Shown: one piece after another, positions 9,244 through 18,618 of the stretch
Layout: each line of letters starts with the position of its first letter
Numbering within the stretch: position 1 is the first letter of the stretch
NCBI GenBank assembly: GCA_038227875.1
Contig: JBBRPR010000005.1
Coordinates: 32,001-96,000 of the forward strand
From: Planctomycetota bacterium
Lineage (GTDB): Bacteria; Planctomycetota; SZUA-567; H5-PLA8
Reading direction: 5' to 3'
DNA length: 64,000 nucleotides
The notes under the pieces: generated by a model
Databases searched by the model: none
What the model was told of the DNA's origin: nothing
Seen by the model: only the letters and a program-made list of their open reading frames with translations
Position numbers and translations under genes: made by a program

Positions 9244-10770
9244 ATGGGCAAGACCTGCGATATCTACCTTCCGCTCGACGAGCGCGATAAGCCGAACGAA
9301 GTCGTCTGGCCAGTTGCGTTGAAGCAGCTCAAGGAGATCGTCAAAGTCGTCGAGAAGTGCGGGTGGACGGCGAACGTGCTCAACCCGGACAAGCCGGTGT
9401 CGAGCGTCGCGGAAGGGTTGCGGGTCGTCAAACGGTCGAAGGGCGACCGATTTCTGAATTTCATGGCGGGATGGTGCTACCCGGATTTCACGGTCAGCCC
9501 CATGTTCCAACTTCCGCGCGAGCTGCCCAAGATGATGCTCGGCAGCGCAATTCCCGACTTTCCCGGCGCGGTGGGACTGTTCGCGGCGGCGTCGGGGACT
9601 TCCCATGTCGGCATCAAGACCGACCGCTGCTTCGCGGAGAACTTTGAGAACCACGCGGAGTACGCCGACGGTGTCGAGCAGTTCCTCAAGACCGGCAGCT
9701 ACGAACGGCCGTACCCGAAGACCGTCGAAATCCCCGTGACGGATGCGCAGCGCGCGAAGGCCAAGACCGTACGTGAGCAACTCCGCGGTCAGGTTTACGG
9801 TGCGTTCGGGCCGCGCTCGATGCAGATGTGGAACAAGATTTCCGAGGCCGACTTCCTGCGCGTCTTCGGCATCGCGCGCGAAGGCTTCGATCAGCTCCGG
9901 CTGGTCAAGGCGGCGGAGAAGATTCCCGATGCGCGCGCGGAAGCGGCGCTGAATTTTCTCGTCGAGAAGGGCATGGATATCCGCCTCGGCAAGGATCCGC
10001 TCAAGGAACTGACGCGGGAGATGGCGCTCTTCCAGATGAAGGCCTACTGCGCGCTGCTCGACATTTCGCAACGCTACGGATTGAACTTCATCGGCGTGCA
10101 GGACCAGCTCGACTACATCGAGCACTATCCCGCCACGGATTTGACGCTGGGAATTTTGAACAATCGGCTGCGCCCCGAAGGCAGCGGCGAAACCTTCGTC
10201 GCGTCGACGGAAGCCGACGACGGCGCGGCGGTGACGATGCAGGCGCTGAAGCTGCTCAGCGGCGGCGAACCGGCGGGGTTCAACGACCTTCGCTACTGGG
10301 ACGCCAAGCAGGGGCTGTACTGGTTCGTCAATTCGGGCTCGCTGGCGCCGTATTTCGCGCAGGGGCGGCACGATACCTTAAAGGGAGCGTGGTCGCAGCG
10401 GCAGACGTACATGTATTTCCAGCAAGGCGGCGGAACGTCGTCGGTCGTCTGCCGCATTCCCGGCGTCGTGACGTGGGCGCGCTTTTCGTACCGCGACAAC
10501 CAGATGTACCTCTGCGCCGGGCGCGGCATCACCGACGTCCCGACAGAAGAGCAGTGGAAACAGCGCTCCGCGCGCTGCAGCCCGGACTGGCCGCACTGGT
10601 ATTTGAAACTCTGCGGCCGCATCGAATGGAAGCTCAACACCAATCACCCGATGACGGTGTGCGGCGATTACCTGGCGGAGCTCAAAGCGCTGGCCGGTGA
10701 GCTGGGGATTCCCTTCGAGTGCTACGACTACCGCACGCCGGAAGAGATCAAGAACGGCACATCACTTTAA
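9244..10770 (+). CDS. L-fucose/D-arabinose isomerase-like protein (FucI/AraA superfamily)
   Basis: PGAVGL, STEADDGAAVTMQ (metal Glu), FNDLRY (metal Asp), NSGS and NTNHP (metal His), plus operon context. Confidence 0.75.
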   Translation: MGKTCDIYLPLDERDKPNEVVWPVALKQLKEIVKVVEKCGWTANVLNPDKPVSSVAEGLRVVKRSKGDRFLNFMAGWCYPDFTVSPMFQLPRELPKMMLGSAIPDFPGAVGLFAAASGTSHVGIKTDRCFAENFENHAEYADGVEQFLKTGSYERPYPKTVEIPVTDAQRAKAKTVREQLRGQVYGAFGPRSMQMWNKISEADFLRVFGIAREGFDQLRLVKAAEKIPDARAEAALNFLVEKGMDIRLGKDPLKELTREMALFQMKAYCALLDISQRYGLNFIGVQDQLDYIEHYPATDLTLGILNNRLRPEGSGETFVASTEADDGAAVTMQALKLLSGGEPAGFNDLRYWDAKQGLYWFVNSGSLAPYFAQGRHDTLKGAWSQRQTYMYFQQGGGTSSVVCRIPGVVTWARFSYRDNQMYLCAGRGITDVPTEEQWKQRSARCSPDWPHWYLKLCGRIEWKLNTNHPMTVCGDYLAELKALAGELGIPFECYDYRTPEEIKNGTSL

Positions 10771-10834
10771 GTCATCCATCGCGCGGGCACGACGCCCGCG
10801 CCTCTTCAACTCAACAGGAGCTCAACACACCATC

Positions 10835-11914
10835 ATGTTCAACGGACTCGGCATGGATCTGGGCACACTCTCGCGGCTCTCGAACGCCAAGACGCGTTCG
10901 ATCAGCCCGGAGAATTTCAACGGAGAAAAAGGCAAGGGCGGCATGGCCACGGAAGGCACGGGCAAGAACGCCGCGCGCGACCTGGGCCAGGGCTGGAAGG
11001 TGTCGCCCTGTGTACGCATCGAACCGGAAGAGACATTCACCGTTGCCGACATCACCGGGCCGGGCGCGATTCAGCAGATCTGGATGACCCCGACGAAAGC
11101 CTGGCGCTTCAGCATCCTCCGCATTTACTGGGACGACTCCCCCAACCCATCGGTGGAATGTCCTGTCGGCGATTTCTTCGCGTGCGGCTGGGGCAAGTAC
11201 GCGCAGGTCTCGTCGCTGCCCGTCTGCGTCAATCCCGGCAGCGCGTTCAACTGCTATTGGGAGATGCCCTTTCGCAAACGCTGCCGCATGACGATGACCA
11301 ACATCGACCCCGAGCAGATGACGCTCTTCTACCAGGTCAACTACACGCTGACGGATGTGCCGGAAGACTGCGCGTACTTCCACGCGCAATTCCGCCGCAC
11401 CAACCCGCTGCCGTACAAGAGCGTCTATACGATTGTCGATGGCATCAAAGGCAAAGGCCACTTCGTCGGAACGTACATGGCGTGGGGCGTGAACAACACC
11501 GGCTGGTGGGGCGAAGGTGAGATCAAGTTCTTCATGGACGGCGACAAAGAGTTCCCGACCATCTGCGGCACAGGCACTGAAGACTACTTCTGCGGCTCCT
11601 ACAATTTCGACCTCGGCAAAGAGAACGGCGGCTACCGCGAATTCACAACGCCGTACGCCGGCCTGGCTCAGGTGATCCGTCCCGACGGCCTGTACAGCTC
11701 GCAGACGCGCTTTGGCATGTACCGCTGGCACGTGATGGACCCGGTCCGTTTCGAGCAGGACCTGAGCGTCACGATCCAAGCCCTCGGCTGGCGCAGTGGC
11801 GGACGCTATCTGCCCAATCAGGACGACATCTCCTCCGTCGCCTACTGGTACCAGACCCTCCCCGCCGCGCCGTTTCCCGCGCTGCCGGATAAGGATTACT
11901 TGGAGATCATTTAG
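10835..11914 (+). CDS. Glycoside hydrolase family 172 (DUF2961), copy 1
   Basis: TRSISPENFNGEKGKGG, PSVECPVGDFF, WWGEGE, GTGTEDYF and YRWH. ATG 10835, with AGGAG at 10816-10820. Confidence 0.92.
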   Translation: MFNGLGMDLGTLSRLSNAKTRSISPENFNGEKGKGGMATEGTGKNAARDLGQGWKVSPCVRIEPEETFTVADITGPGAIQQIWMTPTKAWRFSILRIYWDDSPNPSVECPVGDFFACGWGKYAQVSSLPVCVNPGSAFNCYWEMPFRKRCRMTMTNIDPEQMTLFYQVNYTLTDVPEDCAYFHAQFRRTNPLPYKSVYTIVDGIKGKGHFVGTYMAWGVNNTGWWGEGEIKFFMDGDKEFPTICGTGTEDYFCGSYNFDLGKENGGYREFTTPYAGLAQVIRPDGLYSSQTRFGMYRWHVMDPVRFEQDLSVTIQALGWRSGGRYLPNQDDISSVAYWYQTLPAAPFPALPDKDYLEII

Positions 11915-11920
11915 CTTTTT

Positions 11921-12068
11921 TCTCACGCAAAGTCGCGAAGCCGCAAAGAACAGCAACTGCAAAGAACTGATGGGACTGGGCGTTTGGTCGGGGATGCAAC
12001 TTCCCCAATCCCGAGTTCCCAATCCAGGCCGTTCGCAGTTCTTTGCGTCTTTGCGGCTTTGCGTGAGA
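11921..12068. repeat. Intergenic inverted-repeat element, family A
   Basis: TCTCACGCAAAGTCGCGAAGCCGCAAAGAAC ... GTTCTTTGCGTCTTTGCGGCTTTGCGTGAGA. Confidence 0.78.
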
Positions 12069-12096
12069 TATTCGAGCACGTCATTAAGGAGGAACG

Positions 12097-13182
12097 ATGT
12101 TTAACGGCTTGGGAATGAAGATGGGCACGCTTTCGCGGTTGTCCAACGCGAAGACGCGGTCGATCAGTGCGGAGAATTTCAGCGGCGAGAAGGGCAAAGC
12201 GGCGATGTCCACCGACGGCGACGCGAAGAGCTGCGCGCGCGATCTGGGACGCGGCTGGAAGGTCTCGCCGTTCAAGACGGTCGCTCCGGGCCAGACGTTC
12301 ACGATGGCGGAAATCGACGGGCCGGGCGCGATCCAGCAGATGTGGATGGCCGGGCCGTCGATCGAGAAGTGGCGCTTCTACATTCTGCGCATCTACTGGG
12401 ACGGTTCGCCCAATCCGTCGGTCGAATGTCCGATGGGCGATTTCTTCGCGTGCGGGTGGAAGCGCTACGCGCAGGTCACTTCATTGCCGGTCTGCCTGAA
12501 TCCCGCCAGCAGCTGCAATTGCTATTGGGAAATGCCCTTCCGCAAGCACTGCAAGATCACGTTCACCAACATCTCCGACGAGCCGACCAATCTTTACTAT
12601 CAGGTCAACTACACGCTGACGGACGTTCCGGAAGACTGCGCGTACTTCCACGCGCAGTTCCGCCGCACCAACCCGCTGCCGTACAAGACCGATTACACGA
12701 TCGTCGACGGCATCAAAGGCAAGGGCCACTACGTCGGCACGTACATGGCGTGGGGCGTGAACAATTGCGGCTGGTGGGGCGAAGGCGAGATCAAGTTCTT
12801 CATGGATGGCGACAAAGAGTTCCCAACCATCTGCGGCACCGGCACGGAAGATTACTTCTGCGGCTCGTACAATTTCGATCTCGGCAAAGAAAATGGCGGC
12901 TACCGCGAATTCAACACACCGTACGCCGGCCTCGCTCAAGTCATCCGCCCGGACGGTCTGTACAGTTCGCAGACGCGCTTCGGCCTCTACCGCTGGCACA
13001 TCACCGATCCCGTGCGTTTCGATCAGGATCTGAAAGTCACGATCCAGGCGCTCGGTTGGCGCAGCGGCGGACGTTACCTGCCCAACCAGGACGACATCGC
13101 CTCCGTCGCCTTCTGGTACCAGACCCTCCCCGCCGCCCCGTTCCCCGCGCTGCCGGATCGGGATTATCTCGAGGTGATCTAG
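12097..13182 (+). CDS. Glycoside hydrolase family 172 (DUF2961), copy 2
   Basis: Same motifs as copy 1 with a nearly identical C-terminal half; strong TAAGGAGG RBS. Confidence 0.92.
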   Translation: MFNGLGMKMGTLSRLSNAKTRSISAENFSGEKGKAAMSTDGDAKSCARDLGRGWKVSPFKTVAPGQTFTMAEIDGPGAIQQMWMAGPSIEKWRFYILRIYWDGSPNPSVECPMGDFFACGWKRYAQVTSLPVCLNPASSCNCYWEMPFRKHCKITFTNISDEPTNLYYQVNYTLTDVPEDCAYFHAQFRRTNPLPYKTDYTIVDGIKGKGHYVGTYMAWGVNNCGWWGEGEIKFFMDGDKEFPTICGTGTEDYFCGSYNFDLGKENGGYREFNTPYAGLAQVIRPDGLYSSQTRFGLYRWHITDPVRFDQDLKVTIQALGWRSGGRYLPNQDDIASVAFWYQTLPAAPFPALPDRDYLEVI

Positions 13183-13190
13183 ATTTCAGC

Positions 13191-13280
13191 CTCGCGAAGA
13201 GAACTGCAACGTCGGGATTCGGGAATCCCCATTCCCGCCGTTGCAGTTGCCGTCCTTTGCGTCTTTGCGTCTTTGCGAGA
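13191..13280. repeat. Partial family A element with inner TGCAAC..GTTGCA hairpin
   Basis: Right arm CTTTGCGTCTTTGCGTCTTTGCGAGA. The inner GGGATTCGGGAATC...TTCCCGCCGTTGCA recurs reverse-complemented at about 16994-17026. Confidence 0.6.
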
Positions 13281-13288
13281 GAATAAAT

Positions 13289-13744
13289 TCAGCGCCTCTT
13301 CCGTAACACCACCGGTTCCTCCGGTGCTACGTCGATTTTCTCAGCGAAATCTTTCGGAATAAACGTCGCCTGCATGCGGCCCTCACGGAACGTGCAGCAG
13401 ACGACGGTCATCGTGCCGCGTGCGCAAACGTCTGGCGTTCCGTTCTTGCGGAAGGTCACGCTGTAGGTGATCGACTTTTCGGACTTCTTCTCAACGCGCA
13501 GGTGGAGCTCCACTTCGTCTTCGAATTTCAGCGGGCGGAAGTACTCGCACGAGGCCGCGACGCGCGGCCAGCCGATGGTGGGCTCACCGGTGCCGGCGGT
13601 CATCACGACCGAGAGGCCCAGCGACCGCACGAAGGCGTGTTCCACGGCTTCCATGAAGCGGTAGAAATTCGAGAAATGCATCACGCCGGCCATGTCGGTT
13701 TCGGAGAACTCGACGCGCCGGGTGAACTTAAATTCGCAAGCCAT
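13289..13744 (-). CDS. Hotdog-fold acyl-CoA thioesterase (4HBT/YbgC-like)
   Basis: RRVEFSETDMAGVMHFSNFYRFMEAVEH. ATG 13744 with GAGG upstream. Confidence 0.88.
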   Translation of the reverse strand: MACEFKFTRRVEFSETDMAGVMHFSNFYRFMEAVEHAFVRSLGLSVVMTAGTGEPTIGWPRVAASCEYFRPLKFEDEVELHLRVEKKSEKSITYSVTFRKNGTPDVCARGTMTVVCCTFREGRMQATFIPKDFAEKIDVAPEEPVVLRKRR

Positions 13745-13746
13745 CT

Positions 13747-15039
13747 CTACCTCTTGTGTGCACCAAACTCGCCGAGCACCCGCACAACGTCGTCGGCGAC
13801 GCGGCCGATGTTGAAGCGCTCGACGGTGCTCTTGAACCCCGCCTTGCCCAGCGCCGCGCGGCGCGGTTCGTCGCGCAGCAGTTCTTCGAGCTTCGCCGCC
13901 AGGTCGGCGGCGTCGTCGGGCTTGCACAAGATGCCGCCTCCGGTGGCCGCAATCAACTCCGGAAACGCAGCATGCTCGGGCTGAACCACGGGAATGCCGC
14001 AGGCCATCGCCTCAATCACGTACAGCCCAAACGATTCGCCGTACGTCGCCGGCACGGACATCACCGACAAGCTCTGGAAGAACTTCACCTTGTCTTCGCG
14101 CGAAACGTTCGGAACGAAGTCGACGCGGTCGCCGATCTTCGCCGCCTGGAACTTCGCCTTGAGCTCCGTGACAAACACTTCGTCACTGGGCGAGAGTCCT
14201 CCGCCAACGCGCAGGCGCACGTCCTTGATGTTCCCGCGCGTCGCGAGCAGCTCGTACGCGTTGGCGAGCGTGCGCAGACCCTTCTCCGGTCCGATGCGCG
14301 CGAAGTAGCCGACGGTCGGCACCGCCGGCGGTTTTGGCGCGGGGGCGTAGCCGGCCAGTTCGATGCCGTTGTGGATCACGCGCATTTTCGATTCGGGAAT
14401 TTCCAGCCGCCGGCGCATCACGTCGCCGTAATAGCCGCTGACGGCGACGAAGCCATCGATCTGCGCGACGGTTTTCTTCAGCAGCTCCCACGATTGGCTG
14501 CGCTGCGGTTCCGGCAGCGTGTCGAGATACGTGTCTTCGCCCTGCAGCGTGCAGACGATCGGCACTTTCAGTTTCTCGCGCAGACTTTTGGCCATGCCGG
14601 CCAGCAGCACGTTGGAAAGGCAGATCGCGTCGGCCTTGTGGCTGTCGGTGAGGAACGCGGTGAGCTTGACCAGCTCTTTGGCCTGGTTGCCTTCCTCGCC
14701 TTTGAGCATCGAGACCATCAGGTCGGCGATGTCTTCGGCGCGAGTCTTGACTCCAAAGCCGGCCGCCCAACTGAGCAGGCCCGGCTGATCGAGCCGCCGG
14801 TCAAGCCACTCGGGTGTCTTGCGGAAGAGGCTGCTTTTCTGCTGCAGGAAGACGTTGATGCCGCCGAAGAAAATCCGCTCGTGGCTGTTGTCCGGCTCGT
14901 CGGTTTTCAGCGGCGTGTAAAGCGGGATCAGCAGCGCGTCGTGGCCTTTGCGGCGCAGCGCCGCAACCAGCGCGTTGTCGCGCATGCATCCGCCGCAGTA
15001 CATGCCCGCGGCGCCGGGGGTCAGCTGAACGATGTTCAC
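13747..15039 (-). CDS. Glycosyltransferase family 4
   Basis: IHNGI, ARIGPEKGL and ESFGLYVIEAMACGIPVV. Likely GTG start at 15039. Confidence 0.9.
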   Translation of the reverse strand: MNIVQLTPGAAGMYCGGCMRDNALVAALRRKGHDALLIPLYTPLKTDEPDNSHERIFFGGINVFLQQKSSLFRKTPEWLDRRLDQPGLLSWAAGFGVKTRAEDIADLMVSMLKGEEGNQAKELVKLTAFLTDSHKADAICLSNVLLAGMAKSLREKLKVPIVCTLQGEDTYLDTLPEPQRSQSWELLKKTVAQIDGFVAVSGYYGDVMRRRLEIPESKMRVIHNGIELAGYAPAPKPPAVPTVGYFARIGPEKGLRTLANAYELLATRGNIKDVRLRVGGGLSPSDEVFVTELKAKFQAAKIGDRVDFVPNVSREDKVKFFQSLSVMSVPATYGESFGLYVIEAMACGIPVVQPEHAAFPELIAATGGGILCKPDDAADLAAKLEELLRDEPRRAALGKAGFKSTVERFNIGRVADDVVRVLGEFGAHKR

Positions 15040-15047
15040 GGCGCCGA

Positions 15048-16301
15048 TTATACCAGAGGTTGCCCGTATGGCAGCGCCGCTTCCACGGGCGCAAATTCGC
15101 CGCACGCGGCCCAGAGCTTGTCGAAGTTCTTGTTCACATCGCCGGAGAGGCAGTCGGTGATGTCGCCGACGGCAAATTCATGCTTGTCGCAGATTTTGCG
15201 GAAGCTGAATTCCTGCTCGTAGAACGCGCAGACCAGGCGGCGCATGTTGTCGATACCTTCGCTCAGGAACTGTCCGTAGGCTTTGAAGCGTCCGGCGGAA
15301 ACGTCGCCGGCGGTGAGCGCCTCATGAACCGTATCGCCGACCAGCGTGCCACTCTTCAAGGCCAGCATCACGCCGGAAGAGAAGATCGGGTCGAGGAACC
15401 CGAACGCGTCGCCGGCCAGGACCAGTCCGTCGGCGGAACAGTGCTTCGAGCGGTACGAGTATTCGCCGGTGACGCGGTATTCGCCGACCTGCTGGCCGTG
15501 GCTGGTGTATTTTTCGATCCACTTGTTCTGCTTCACTTCGCGTTCGAAGACCTGCTTGGCGTCGCGGATGCCGTCGCGGTAAAGGTACTTGGCATCGGCG
15601 ACCACGCCCACGCTGATCATGTCGTTGTGCTGCGGGATGTACCAGAACCAGCCCTTCTCCGGCACGTACGCGACCGTAGTGGCGCCGCCGACAAGGCCTT
15701 CGTCGCGCAACGCGCCCTTAAAGTACGTCCACACGGCGACCTTGTTCAATTTCGGGTCGGGAATGCGCCAGCCGTTGCGCGACGCGCTGAAACTGTCGCG
15801 ACCGGTGCAGTCGATGGTGATCGGCGCGTTGAATTCGTGGAGCTTACCGGCCTTGTCTTGTACGCGCACACCGACGTGGCGGCTGCCGTCCTTGAGGTAC
15901 TCCTTCAAGGTCATCTCTTCGCGGACGTCGGCGCCCTTTTCGCGCGCGTTCTCCATCAACTGCTGGTCGAACTCCGAGCGCAACACCTGCCAGGTCTGCG
16001 CGATTTCTTCGGGGTAGCGCGTGTGAAAATAGAACGGCTGCGAGGCCTTGCCCGACTGCGAGACGAACTGGACGCTGTACTTCTTGATGTACGCCGACGC
16101 CTTCATTTTCGGGAGCATGCCGATGCGCTTGAGCGGTTCATAAGTGAACGGCAGCAGCGATTCGCCGATGTGGTAACGCGGGAACTTTTCCTTCTCCAGC
16201 ACCAGCACCTTGCGGCCATGCTGCGCGAGCACCGTCGACGCCGCGCAACCGGAAGGTCCGGCGCCGACCACGATTGCATCCCACTTCTTCTGTTCGCTCA
16301 T
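15048..16301 (-). CDS. FAD-dependent oxidoreductase, flavin halogenase-like
   Basis: GAGPSG, FPRYHIGES, IKKYS, GWFWYIP and GDAFGFLDPIFSSGV. Confidence 0.82.
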   Translation of the reverse strand: MSEQKKWDAIVVGAGPSGCAASTVLAQHGRKVLVLEKEKFPRYHIGESLLPFTYEPLKRIGMLPKMKASAYIKKYSVQFVSQSGKASQPFYFHTRYPEEIAQTWQVLRSEFDQQLMENAREKGADVREEMTLKEYLKDGSRHVGVRVQDKAGKLHEFNAPITIDCTGRDSFSASRNGWRIPDPKLNKVAVWTYFKGALRDEGLVGGATTVAYVPEKGWFWYIPQHNDMISVGVVADAKYLYRDGIRDAKQVFEREVKQNKWIEKYTSHGQQVGEYRVTGEYSYRSKHCSADGLVLAGDAFGFLDPIFSSGVMLALKSGTLVGDTVHEALTAGDVSAGRFKAYGQFLSEGIDNMRRLVCAFYEQEFSFRKICDKHEFAVGDITDCLSGDVNKNFDKLWAACGEFAPVEAALPYGQPLV

Positions 16302-16334
16302 CGCTTTGCAAAGCTCCTGACGGGTGATCCACTT

Positions 16335-16895
16335 CTACGGGGGAAGAATTTCAATGATCTCGGCGAGCACTGCGCCACTGGGAATCGAGAGAGTGTTGCG
16401 GCGGCCGTAGAGACGTTGGGACGGCTTGGAAATTTCAAGCGCGCGGCAGATCACCGCGTCGGCCATGACCCGAAAATAGGCCTTGGGCCGGCTGAGGTGC
16501 GGAATGGAAAAGTCGCGCAGGATTCCGCCCAGCGGCTTGCGCCCGGCGAGAATCGCTTCGCGGGCGCCGGAGCAGACGGCGTCGAGGTTGATTTCGATCG
16601 CGCCGAATTCGATGGGCTTGTTCGAGCCTTCCATCCGCAGCACAACATCGCGGCAATACTTATCGTGCGAGCGCTTTCGGCGCAGTACCTGGAGATAGAT
16701 CGAGCCGCTGTGGAATTTTTCGAGCGCGGGGGTCATGTCGCCGTCGTGGACCAGCAAACTGCGGTAGGGATCCGGCATCGTGCTGCCGTCGATCATTTCG
16801 AGCACCGGAGCCGGGGCGGCCGCGGCGGAGTAGAACTCCTCAAGCTCCCGCAACGGTGGCGGAACGGCGATCTGCTTGGCCTGCTCAGCTCCCAT
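16335..16895 (-). CDS. Chorismate pyruvate-lyase-like (UbiC/DUF98-type fold) protein
   Basis: LLVHDGDMTPALE, RDVVL, PLGGIL, LYGRR and AEIIEILP pattern. Confidence 0.6.
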   Translation of the reverse strand: MGAEQAKQIAVPPPLRELEEFYSAAAAPAPVLEMIDGSTMPDPYRSLLVHDGDMTPALEKFHSGSIYLQVLRRKRSHDKYCRDVVLRMEGSNKPIEFGAIEINLDAVCSGAREAILAGRKPLGGILRDFSIPHLSRPKAYFRVMADAVICRALEISKPSQRLYGRRNTLSIPSGAVLAEIIEILPP

Positions 16896-17031
16896 GTCGC
16901 CCCCGGTTTGCAGCGCTGGATTTAGTACCTGTACGTACTATATACACCGGAGGTACGCGGAGAACAGAGAAATCTTTTCGAATGCTTGAGAAGTGCAACG
17001 GCGGGAATCCCGATTCCCGAATCCCGGTCTT

Positions 17032-17682
17032 TTAAGAGCAGTACGGGTTGTTATCGCGCTCGTCTTCGATGGTCGTGTCGGTTCCGTGGCCCGGATGGAC
17101 GATCGTCTCGCCCGGCAGCGGGAAGAGCTTCTCCTGGATGCCGGCGACCAGCATGTCTTCACCTTCGCCGCCGGGAAGATCCGTGCGCCCGATGCTTCCG
17201 GCGAAGAGAATGTCCCCGCAGAACAGATGCGGCGGACCGTCTGCCGCGGGCTGCTCGACAAAGTACGCCGTCCCGCCCGGCGAATGACCGGGCACGTGAA
17301 TCGCCTTCAACTCCAGCCCGGCCGCGCGAACCATGTCCTCGTCTTTCACGATCTGATCGGGCGGCGGCGCGGTCACCGAGACGCCATAAAAGAAGCTCAA
17401 GTTCAGCGTCGGCTTGCTCAGCCATTCGACTTCCGCTTCCGGACAGTAGATGGGCGCGTCGGGGAATTCGGCTTTCAGCGGCGTCAGCGCGGCAATGTGG
17501 TCGCCGTGACAATGCGTCTGCACAAACGCGGCAATGGTCAGCCCCTTCTTGCGCAGCGCGGCGCGGATCTTCTCGGGCTCGTCGCCGGGATCAAAGACGA
17601 TGGCGTCGGTGGCGCCGTCTTTCCACAACACGTAGCAGTTCTCCTGCAGTTCACCGCACACGATCGACATCGATTGCAACAC
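17032..17682 (-). CDS. MBL-fold metallo-hydrolase (glyoxalase II-like)
   Basis: THCHGDH, PGHSPG, GDILFAGSIGRTD and HPGHG. GTG 17682 with AAGGAG RBS. Confidence 0.9.
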   Translation of the reverse strand: MLQSMSIVCGELQENCYVLWKDGATDAIVFDPGDEPEKIRAALRKKGLTIAAFVQTHCHGDHIAALTPLKAEFPDAPIYCPEAEVEWLSKPTLNLSFFYGVSVTAPPPDQIVKDEDMVRAAGLELKAIHVPGHSPGGTAYFVEQPAADGPPHLFCGDILFAGSIGRTDLPGGEGEDMLVAGIQEKLFPLPGETIVHPGHGTDTTIEDERDNNPYCS

Positions 17683-17711
17683 TACGCTGCTCCTTGGTGT
17701 GAGCTCTAAAG

Positions 17712-18509
17712 TTATCGCCCGCCGCGCTTCCACCAGTCGGGGTCCTGCTCCCAGGCTTCGCGGCGTTCGGAAGGATAGCCTTCCATGTCGCCGTACATGA
17801 TCGCCTGCTGGCGCGCGCGGTAACTGCTGTAGGCCAGTGATCCGAAGAGGAAAATAGGCCACAAATCGCGTCCGTCAAAGGTATGTCCGCGGCTGGTGCG
17901 GTAAATCTGGTAGCCGATCCAGGCGAAGCACAGCCCGATGGCTGTGTAGATGGAGATGGTCAGCGCGAGCACATCGCCGTGGCGCGGAGCTTTCCAGCGG
18001 ATGATCTCGCGGCAGATCTGGCCGCCGTCGAGCGGGAAGACCGGGAAGAGATTCATCACGCCCCAGACCAAATTGAACCACATCAGGCTGCTGGCCGCCC
18101 ACGTGTAATAATCGTAGGGATGGAATAGATCCCACTGCTTCCAGTACGCGACGCCGATGACAATGCCGCCAAGAATGAATCCCGCGCCCGGACCCCAGAG
18201 CAGCTGAAAGATGCGTGGCCAGCGTTCAGGCACGCCGCGGTCGGAGACGCACAGACCGCCGGCGTAGTAGAGAATCGTATAGTTGCGCGTATCGCCGTAA
18301 TACCGGCCGCAGAAGGCGTGGCCGTATTCATGGACGACGACCGAGACGAACATGCAGGCGATGCTGATCATGACGAAGGCGAAGTGAATGTCCTTCTGAT
18401 AACTGAACGCCAGCGCGACCAGCCAGAAGCCCGGATGGACCCGGAGCGGGATCTTGAACATGCTCCATTTAAGATCCCATTGCGTGCGCCCGGGTTCGGC
18501 GATAATCAT
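17712..18509 (-). CDS. Site-2 protease (M50 family)
   Basis: HEYGH, NLFPVFPLDGG and multiple TM segments. Confidence 0.9.
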   Translation of the reverse strand: MIIAEPGRTQWDLKWSMFKIPLRVHPGFWLVALAFSYQKDIHFAFVMISIACMFVSVVVHEYGHAFCGRYYGDTRNYTILYYAGGLCVSDRGVPERWPRIFQLLWGPGAGFILGGIVIGVAYWKQWDLFHPYDYYTWAASSLMWFNLVWGVMNLFPVFPLDGGQICREIIRWKAPRHGDVLALTISIYTAIGLCFAWIGYQIYRTSRGHTFDGRDLWPIFLFGSLAYSSYRARQQAIMYGDMEGYPSERREAWEQDPDWWKRGGR

Positions 18510-18618
18510 GTGCGGAGTTCTCGTTTTCGGATGTTGGATTTCAGGCCGGGAGATTACGCTGTACTGCGGTTCACTGCCCTCAACCCAACTCCATGCTTCA
18601 ACCGTCAGGAGATAGCTT

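Noticed and set aside
7452..10770. Standard araBAD operon
   Set aside because: The isomerase looks FucI-like rather than AraA, araD is absent, and the neighbours are GH172.
9096..13280. CRISPR-like interpretation of the intergenic repeats
   Set aside because: The repeats are inverted arms, not regularly spaced direct repeats with unique spacers, and no cas genes are present.
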